Source of the DNA: Sumerlaeia bacterium
GTDB lineage: Bacteria; Sumerlaeota; Sumerlaeia; SLMS01; JAHLLQ01
DNA length: 64,000 nt
Reading direction: 5' to 3'
NCBI GenBank assembly: GCA_040219255.1
Contig: JAVJSW010000077.1
Location: 1 to 64,000, forward strand
Shown: positions 29,981 to 36,138 of the stretch, piece by piece
Numbering within the stretch: the first letter of the stretch is position 1
Layout: every line of letters starts with the position of its first letter
The notes under the pieces: model-generated
The model's database searches: none
What the model saw: only the letters and a program-made list of their open reading frames with translations
What the model was told of the DNA's origin: nothing
Made by a program: the position numbers and the translations under genes

Positions 29981-30772
29981 GTGGCGGAAATCCCCGGAGT
30001 CCCGAAACGCCTTGTCCGGCGGAGCAATGAGTTCCTAGAGGCCCGGACCGCACACGTCCCGCGAACGGCGATTCTCGATACGGACACCGCTCTCCTCACG
30101 GACGCGGCGGGCCAACAAGGCGTTACGCTGCGGCAAGTTCTCGCGAGGCAGTCCCGTGCCGGTTTCTCAGTCCAGGATGTGGAGAGGGAACTCCGCGAGC
30201 GGTTTGTCTCTCCCTTTTCGTCTCTTGCGTGGGTCGCCTTTGACCTGCTTTCGAGCGTCCATAGTGACGGCTCGAAAGAGTCTCTCGAATTGAAAGAAAA
30301 GCGAGCGATGCAAGAGGCAGAACTGCGGAGATCGCTTCAAAACAAAATTGGGGAACTGGAAACGCTGCGTTTGGAAATTGGCAACCTCGCTTACTTGTTA
30401 CCATCGTTTGACGATTTAGTTAGCGAAAAACACAAGGCGCTGATTCGCTTCGATAGCGCAATCGCGTCATTCAAGCGATGCGCCGAACTTATTGAACTTC
30501 GTCCGCCAAATCCAAATATGGCGCCAGCAGAGAATGTCACTGCGGCTTTCTCCCTGGCGTTCCGCGCAATCGTCCATCGCGTTTTCCCTGACTGTCCCGT
30601 GGGGAGCGTTCAAGAGATCGTGAGCAGGGCTCTCAGCATCTCGCCACCCTCCGTTGTGGCCCGCGAGTCGGAATTGCGGACGGCTCTAAGAGTGCGCGAA
30701 GCACCAAACACCAAAGCCATTTTTCAAGAATATGAAGTCGATTTCCCGGAACTTGCGGAACTTACGAAATAG
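29981..30772 (+). CDS. Hypothetical helical protein of the element
   Basis: GTG start after AAGGAG; long ORF with a coiled-coil-like centre. Confidence 0.6.
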   Translation: MAEIPGVPKRLVRRSNEFLEARTAHVPRTAILDTDTALLTDAAGQQGVTLRQVLARQSRAGFSVQDVERELRERFVSPFSSLAWVAFDLLSSVHSDGSKESLELKEKRAMQEAELRRSLQNKIGELETLRLEIGNLAYLLPSFDDLVSEKHKALIRFDSAIASFKRCAELIELRPPNPNMAPAENVTAAFSLAFRAIVHRVFPDCPVGSVQEIVSRALSISPPSVVARESELRTALRVREAPNTKAIFQEYEVDFPELAELTK

Positions 30773-30885
30773 GGCGTTTTTCTTTTTCGAAATAGGGCTT
30801 TTTCGTAAGCCGATTTTCTGAACCAGTCGCGTTACCTCTTTTCTCGACCCGGACAAACCGGGCGAGTTCAACACGAGGTAGCGCA

Positions 30886-31155
30886 ATGACTGACACTTGC
30901 AACCTAAACCGATATGCCGGATGGGAGGAAGCCAACCGCCTTGTCTATGGCGGACCATCCGCGCAAGCCGCTCAAAAAGCCGCCTACCGGCTTGAGCAAC
31001 GTTTCCCGGAACTTCGGATGCGCCGATTGCACGGGCGCGTTTTCCTGGCGGACTTCCGCGCCGCTCTTGATGCGGTCGCAGAGAACCGCCCCGCCGCGCG
31101 CGTCCGCCGCGCCTTGGAGAGCGACGCGCTCCGCGAAGGGGGTGCGAGCAAATGA
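30886..31155 (+). CDS. Small DNA-binding protein, AlpA/excisionase-like
   Basis: GAGG RBS; YAGWEEA...AYRL...FPEL..RLHGRV pattern; first gene of an ATGA-coupled operon. Confidence 0.5.
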   Translation: MTDTCNLNRYAGWEEANRLVYGGPSAQAAQKAAYRLEQRFPELRMRRLHGRVFLADFRAALDAVAENRPAARVRRALESDALREGGASK

Positions 31156-31880
31156 CCTGCCTAGAGAAAAGCGCCGCCCGTGCCGAGAACACGATTGGCG
31201 GCGCCTGCCAAACCCTTGATTTCCTTGAAACAGTAACGAACGAGCCGCCGCCCTGTCAACCGCGCCACGAGGCACGAGACGAGGAACCGGAACGATGGAG
31301 ACCCGCCCGCCCGCCACGGATGGTTCACCCGGACGATGTGGAGGCCTTCGCGTCGTTGTTTGAGATTTCAGACCGTGGAAACGTGAGAAGACGAGACGGG
31401 GCACCCGTGGCGATTGGATTTCCGGAAGACCGACCGACGATTCTGTTTGGTTGGAGAGAACCAAGGATTGCAAATGTGGTATGGACAACCTTCAGAGGGC
31501 ATATCGAGAAGGGTTTCCACCTGCATCATGTGAATGGGGAAAAGGCAGATAACCGACTCTCCAATCTAATTGTCCTTGCCGAGGCAGAGCATCTAGCACT
31601 CCACGCAAAAGAGAATGGTTTCAAAATCAAATATCCCGACGAAACCGTGATGGCGGCGAAATTGATGTGCATAGCGGGAGAGTCAACAAGTGCAATTCAT
31701 GATTTTCTCGGAGTTGAATGGCGAGGAGTCCGCCACTATCGCGCGGGAGACCGGCGGCGGTCCGTCCTGCGGTCTCTGGAGGCGGCACGAGACGGCTTGT
31801 TTCCTCCGCCGCGATGGAACGCGGAGCGGCGCCGGTGGGAGGGCGAATGGGCGAATATCTGGAGGCTACCCGCGCCATGA
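31152..31880 (+). CDS. HNH endonuclease (NUMOD4-like + HNH_3 + C-terminal HTH)
   Basis: FEISDRGNVR; HHVNGEKADNRLSNL...EHLALH. Confidence 0.85.
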   Translation: MTCLEKSAARAENTIGGACQTLDFLETVTNEPPPCQPRHEARDEEPERWRPARPPRMVHPDDVEAFASLFEISDRGNVRRRDGAPVAIGFPEDRPTILFGWREPRIANVVWTTFRGHIEKGFHLHHVNGEKADNRLSNLIVLAEAEHLALHAKENGFKIKYPDETVMAAKLMCIAGESTSAIHDFLGVEWRGVRHYRAGDRRRSVLRSLEAARDGLFPPPRWNAERRRWEGEWANIWRLPAP

Positions 31881-32722
31881 CAAAGCCGACTCGTGACCTT
31901 CCGGTGTGGCGGTTGCGTCCTTTCAGAAAGCATCTTTCAACCTCTGGCGCTCAGCTCGTTGTGACCATCATTGCCGAGCGCGCCGATGTGAATGGCTTCG
32001 TTGACCGCCGCTTTTCCGGGCATGCCTCTATCGCTAAGGAAGCGGGAAAGTCCGTTGCCAGCATCAAACGGGCAATCCGTGAGGCCCGCGCGATGGGAGT
32101 GCTTGCCGTGAATTCTGTCACCACACCGGAAAAAGCCCGGCTGAAAAACGAATACCTCTTGGTGGCAGGATGGGACGCGGCGCGCATTCAAAGGGAACTC
32201 GTGGCCCGTTTCCAGGTCGCTCGCGATGTGGCGGCGGTTCAGGCGGCGGAGATGGTTCGCCTACAAGCTTCATTTGTCGAGGCGCCCTTACCTGGGGTCG
32301 CCTATGACCCCACCCCCCGGGTCACTGATGACCCTACTCCTGGGGTCGCCCATGAGCTCAATAAAGAAGAAACCGATATAGAGAAACCCTCCTTAGAAGC
32401 CGAGGGAAAGGAGGCGGAGGTTTTTCAAGTTATCACGAACCTATCCGATCACTGCCAACGAAAGCCCGAAATCCTGGAAAGCCAGCTCGCCAGAGTCGGA
32501 AAAGTTTTTGGAAACCGCCTCGCTCTCGTTGTCCAATTCCTGGCGAGCCGAGATGACCGAGACCCCGCCCGACGCCATGCCACAGAAACCCGCGAGGTCC
32601 TTGTGGCCCTGGAGAAATACGGGCCAAGGGGCTTGACTCTGGAGCGGCTCACGAGCGTTTGGGAGTCAATGCCGCGCGAGGCGCGAGGCGAATCGCGAAG
32701 TCCGGATTTTGGCCTCTCATGA
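31877..32722 (+). CDS. Putative replication initiator (N-terminal winged HTH) with internal iterons
   Basis: SIAKEAGKSVASIKRAIREARAMG...NEY HTH_36-like segment; three 24-bp-period repeats mid-gene. Confidence 0.65.
   Translation: MTKPTRDLPVWRLRPFRKHLSTSGAQLVVTIIAERADVNGFVDRRFSGHASIAKEAGKSVASIKRAIREARAMGVLAVNSVTTPEKARLKNEYLLVAGWDAARIQRELVARFQVARDVAAVQAAEMVRLQASFVEAPLPGVAYDPTPRVTDDPTPGVAHELNKEETDIEKPSLEAEGKEAEVFQVITNLSDHCQRKPEILESQLARVGKVFGNRLALVVQFLASRDDRDPARRHATETREVLVALEKYGPRGLTLERLTSVWESMPREARGESRSPDFGLS
32294..32359. repeat. Three palindromic 18-bp iteron-like repeats, 24-bp period
   Basis: GGGGTCGCCTATGACCCC / CGGGTCACTGATGACCCT / GGGGTCGCCCATGAGCTC followed by an A-rich tract. Confidence 0.8.
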
Positions 32723-33090
32723 GCACGATGCAACAATCTCGGTTTTCCCATGAGCGGCAACAATGCCCCCCCTTCAAGGATTACGAAATGCACCGAAAAC
32801 GCACCCATTCACCGGCGGAAAAGGCCCGCCTTGCCGTCCTGGGCAAGTATCAAAGAAACCCCCGGCGTCCACTGCGGATGGAGTTCCTGGAGAGTCGAAT
32901 GTGGCTGCTTGCCCACGAAGGCGGACCGTTTGACATCATGACGCGCGGCGGACAAACGGCGCTTGCCGAGGAACTTGGCGTGGCCCGCTCCACCGTCTCG
33001 CGATGGCTGAGGCGGGGATTTGAGGAAGCATTCGAGCGCGAGCGGCTTCGGACAAAGATTCTCGCGGCGGTCCGCGAGGGAAGGATTTGA
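32719..33090 (+). CDS. HTH DNA-binding protein
   Basis: QTALAEELGVARSTVSRWLR; ATGA overlap with the rep-like gene. Confidence 0.7.
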   Translation: MSTMQQSRFSHERQQCPPFKDYEMHRKRTHSPAEKARLAVLGKYQRNPRRPLRMEFLESRMWLLAHEGGPFDIMTRGGQTALAEELGVARSTVSRWLRRGFEEAFERERLRTKILAAVREGRI

Positions 33091-33298
33091 CGCCATGACA
33101 ACGGCAACGACACCGGCGGCGGTGGCTGAACTTTGGGAGGCGATGAAGGCGGCGGGGCTCTCCGTCCCGGCGGAGGAACGGGCGGCGGTGGTGCCGCTTT
33201 GGGAAGCCGTTCGAGAGTCGGAAAAACTTCGTATCATTTGCATTGACGTGCAACAAAGCAAATGCAACACAAGAGACACCTCACCGAAAGAGCGTCTC

Positions 33299-34015
33299 AT
33301 GACTCCCGCCCCCTTCGTCTCCTACGTCCGCGTTTCGACCCGCAAGCAAGCCGCTAGTGGACTCGGCTTAGAGGCTCAACGCGAAGCCGTGCAACGCCAC
33401 GTCGAAATCAGCGGCGGCGCGGTGGCGCGCGAGTTCACCGAAACCGAGAGCGGCAAGAAAGCCAACCGTCCGCAGTTGGAAAAGGCCCTGGCCTTCGCGA
33501 AGCGCAACGGAGCCACCGTTATCGTGGCGAAGCTGGACCGGCTCTCGCGCAATGTGGCGTTCCTCTCGACATTGATGGAGAGCGGCGTTGACTTCGTGGC
33601 GACGGACAACCCGGCGGCGAACCGCTTCACGCTTCACGTCCTGGCGGCGGTTGCGGAGCACGAGCGCGAAATGATTTCCCGGCGGACCAAGGAGGCCCTG
33701 GCGCAAGCGAAGGCGCGGGGAACGGCTCTCGGTTCGGCGAAACCGGGCCATTGGGACGGGCGAGAGGACCGCCGCCGCGAGGGCCAAGCCAAGGGCAACC
33801 GCCGCTCTGCGGAAGTCCGCGCCGCCGCCGCTCGCGAGGAATATGCGGACTTGCTTCCGACCATCCGCGCGATGCGTGGGGAAGGGCAAAGCCTTCGCGC
33901 CATTGCCGCCGCCCTGAATGAGTCGGGAGAGCGGACGCGGCGGGGGGCTCAGTTCACCGCGAGCCATATCGTGCGGATTATAAAAAGATTTGACCAGAAA
34001 GAGGAAGCCCAATGA
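33299..34015 (+). CDS. Serine recombinase (resolvase family)
   Basis: YVRVST catalytic motif, ESGK..RPQL, KLDRLSRN, EREMISRRTKEAL; an in-frame upstream ATG at 33095 is also possible. Confidence 0.92.
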   Translation: MTPAPFVSYVRVSTRKQAASGLGLEAQREAVQRHVEISGGAVAREFTETESGKKANRPQLEKALAFAKRNGATVIVAKLDRLSRNVAFLSTLMESGVDFVATDNPAANRFTLHVLAAVAEHEREMISRRTKEALAQAKARGTALGSAKPGHWDGREDRRREGQAKGNRRSAEVRAAAAREEYADLLPTIRAMRGEGQSLRAIAAALNESGERTRRGAQFTASHIVRIIKRFDQKEEAQ

Positions 34016-34611
34016 GTATGTTGTCAGCAATTCTCGTCATCATCGTGACCGTCATTGCCATAAAAGATCGCAAGAACATTTCAGTCTTGCACCGTGTTTC
34101 CGTTCCAATTTGCACACTACTTCTCGCTTTGGCATACCTATTCATCAATAGCACACTGTCCTTGATTTACCTTCCGTACCTAGATGTAAACTGGGACAAT
34201 CTCGACAGAGAACGCTCATCGGTCATGGCCTATGACCGTCCAACACGTGACGGTGATGTGAAGGTCGTGCTTAGGACATATATATTCAACAACGAGCAAG
34301 ACCAGTCAAACTACTATCACAATAGAAGCATTGAGAAAAACATAAAATGGGTAACCTTGGCTTCGATAGCTCTTGTATTCCCCCTGTCTTTCATGCTATC
34401 TAATATTATTCTAGACCTGACTCGCGACGACAAAAGATTTGATAAAAAGATTGCAAAGTGGATCGCAGCAGCCTTCCTTGTGTTCATGTGCATATCTGTG
34501 TCCGAGTACATTTTGAAGCCAGTTTTACCGCCTGCTGAACACTGGACCCCCTGGTGGGCCTCGAAGATAAATAGATTAGAGCAAGACTGGGCAAGCATTC
34601 TCTGGCCTTAA
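34012..34611 (+). CDS. Membrane protein, AT-rich cargo gene
   Basis: About four hydrophobic segments; visibly lower GC than the rest of the element. Confidence 0.65.
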   Translation: MSMLSAILVIIVTVIAIKDRKNISVLHRVSVPICTLLLALAYLFINSTLSLIYLPYLDVNWDNLDRERSSVMAYDRPTRDGDVKVVLRTYIFNNEQDQSNYYHNRSIEKNIKWVTLASIALVFPLSFMLSNIILDLTRDDKRFDKKIAKWIAAAFLVFMCISVSEYILKPVLPPAEHWTPWWASKINRLEQDWASILWP

Positions 34612-34635
34612 CAACTAATCGACTGGAGTCAGTTC

Positions 34636-35832
34636 ATGAAGATCAGATACCGAGAAAGCAAAGCCGGGGGCTTTTGGCAAATGGACGGACGCCTCAAGGG
34701 CGAACGCATCCGCCAGAGGCTCGCGGGAGTCCAGACCCGGAAGGAAGCCGAGCAAATCGCTAGCATTATTTGGGGCGACATGGAGAAAAAGGCCCTGATG
34801 GGAGACGTTCCCGTTCCAACCCGCCGCGAGAAAACCGTCACCTTGGGCGCGTTCCTGGGGGGAGACGCAAGCCGGGCGGGGATTTCCCCGTGGACGGCGC
34901 GAAGCGAGAGGGACGCGCACAACGCGCTCTTTCGCTCCCTCGCCACTGCAAGCCGCCCCGTCATGAGCCTGAAAACCTCAGATGTGGAGGCGTACAAGTC
35001 AAAGCGTGAGAAAGACGGGTTGAAACCGCGAGGAATCAATCACCCGCTTCAAGTCTTACGCGCCGCCCTTCGTCGTGGCGTTCGCAATGGCGTTCTCTCG
35101 CGGGTGCCTTGCGAAATCCAGTTTGTGGCGGACAACGCCACGCGCCGCCGCGCCCTGAACCGCAAGGAAGCCCTCGCCCTTCTCTCCGCCGCGAAGGAAG
35201 CGGGGATTGGCGATGAAGTGACGGTTTTCCTGAATACCGGTCTGCGGCGGATGGAACTCTTTGAGTTGCAATGGTCTCAGGTGGATTTTGACTCTGGCAC
35301 ACTCTCGATCACAACGCAGAAGCGCGGCGGCGCGTCGGACAGAAGAACCGATGTTCTCCCACTCAACGCGGCGGTGGCGGAAGTGCTCACGCGGCGGGCG
35401 AAAGCCTACGAAGGCGAGAAACCGCCCTCAGAGGCGTTTGTCTTTGGCATCCGACCCGAGGCCCGCCGCGAGGCAACCGGCAAGCACAAACCCGCCAAGA
35501 AGGGCACCTTGGGCGGCGTGACGTGCCGGATGGACTACCGCTTTGGCGACAAGCTCAAACGCGCCGCCCGTCTGGCAGGCATCGAAAACCCGCACGAGGT
35601 CACACCGCACGTCCTTCGCCATACGTTCGCAACCTGCGTCTTGAACAGCGGCGCCACCGTGAGGGACACGCAAGCGCTTCTCCGCCACCGCTCGCCAGAA
35701 CTCACCTTGCGGCTTTATTGCCACGAGGGATGGGACGGCATGAAACGCGCCACGGACGCGGCGATTTTCCAGGCGGCGGACGTTGTGGAATGGTCACCAG
35801 TTGGTCACGAGACCAGAAAGAAGGCAGTCTAA
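34636..35832 (+). CDS. int: Tyrosine recombinase / integrase
   Basis: NTGLRRMEL, HVLRHTFA, LLRH...LTLRLY; GGAG RBS; adjacent to attR. Confidence 0.93.
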   Translation: MKIRYRESKAGGFWQMDGRLKGERIRQRLAGVQTRKEAEQIASIIWGDMEKKALMGDVPVPTRREKTVTLGAFLGGDASRAGISPWTARSERDAHNALFRSLATASRPVMSLKTSDVEAYKSKREKDGLKPRGINHPLQVLRAALRRGVRNGVLSRVPCEIQFVADNATRRRALNRKEALALLSAAKEAGIGDEVTVFLNTGLRRMELFELQWSQVDFDSGTLSITTQKRGGASDRRTDVLPLNAAVAEVLTRRAKAYEGEKPPSEAFVFGIRPEARREATGKHKPAKKGTLGGVTCRMDYRFGDKLKRAARLAGIENPHEVTPHVLRHTFATCVLNSGATVRDTQALLRHRSPELTLRLYCHEGWDGMKRATDAAIFQAADVVEWSPVGHETRKKAV

Positions 35833-35870
35833 ACCATTGATAGCATTTGACTTTAGACGCACTCCCAATC

Positions 35871-35921
35871 CGCTTGGGGTGCGAGAGGTCGCAGGTTCAA
35901 ATCCTGTCATCCCGACCAGTC
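35871..35921 (+). repeat. attR (duplicated tRNA-Pro 3' half)
   Basis: Identical to 29744-29794. Confidence 0.95.
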
Positions 35922-35947
35922 AGTTTCCAGGTTAGTCGATCGAAGAG

Positions 35948-35977
35948 GGCCTTGGTGGTTTCACCGGGGCCTTTTTT
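35948..35977 (+). terminator. Intrinsic terminator (probably the original host tRNA terminator)
   Basis: GGCCTTGGTG/CACCGGGGCC stem followed by T6. Confidence 0.75.
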
Positions 35978-36033
35978 CGTTGGCCGGCGGCGGCGACCGT
36001 GAGGATTGACGAGGCGGGCTCGCTCTGTTTACT

Positions 36034-36089
36034 GCCATGGTATTTGGTGCAGCGGTGTTTGAGCAGTGGTGTTTAGAGCAGTGGTGTCT
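36034..36089. repeat. Short direct repeats GCAGYGGTGTTT, 14-15 bp period
   Basis: Copies at 36049, 36063 and 36078, plus a degenerate copy at 36034. Confidence 0.7.
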
Positions 36090-36138
36090 TCGCATCTTTG
36101 AGTTTTTCTATTCGATTCTCCATCATGGGTGAGGGTCT

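Larger units (their letters stand above)
29744..35921 (+). mobile_element. tRNA-Pro-integrated element (satellite/IME-like), 6127 bp excisable unit
   Basis: Identical 51-bp direct repeats at both ends; tyrosine integrase next to attR. Confidence 0.93.

Noticed and set aside
32294-32359. Mini-CRISPR or invertible-repeat cassette
   Set aside because: 6-bp spacers and an in-frame location fit iterons; no long inverted repeats bounding an invertible segment were seen near the serine recombinase.
35871-35918. Second tRNA-Pro gene
   Set aside because: Only the 3' half is present, with no D-arm or 5' acceptor strand; it is attR.
36034-36089. CRISPR array
   Set aside because: Repeats are 12 bp with 2-3 bp gaps; there are no spacers and no cas genes in the window.
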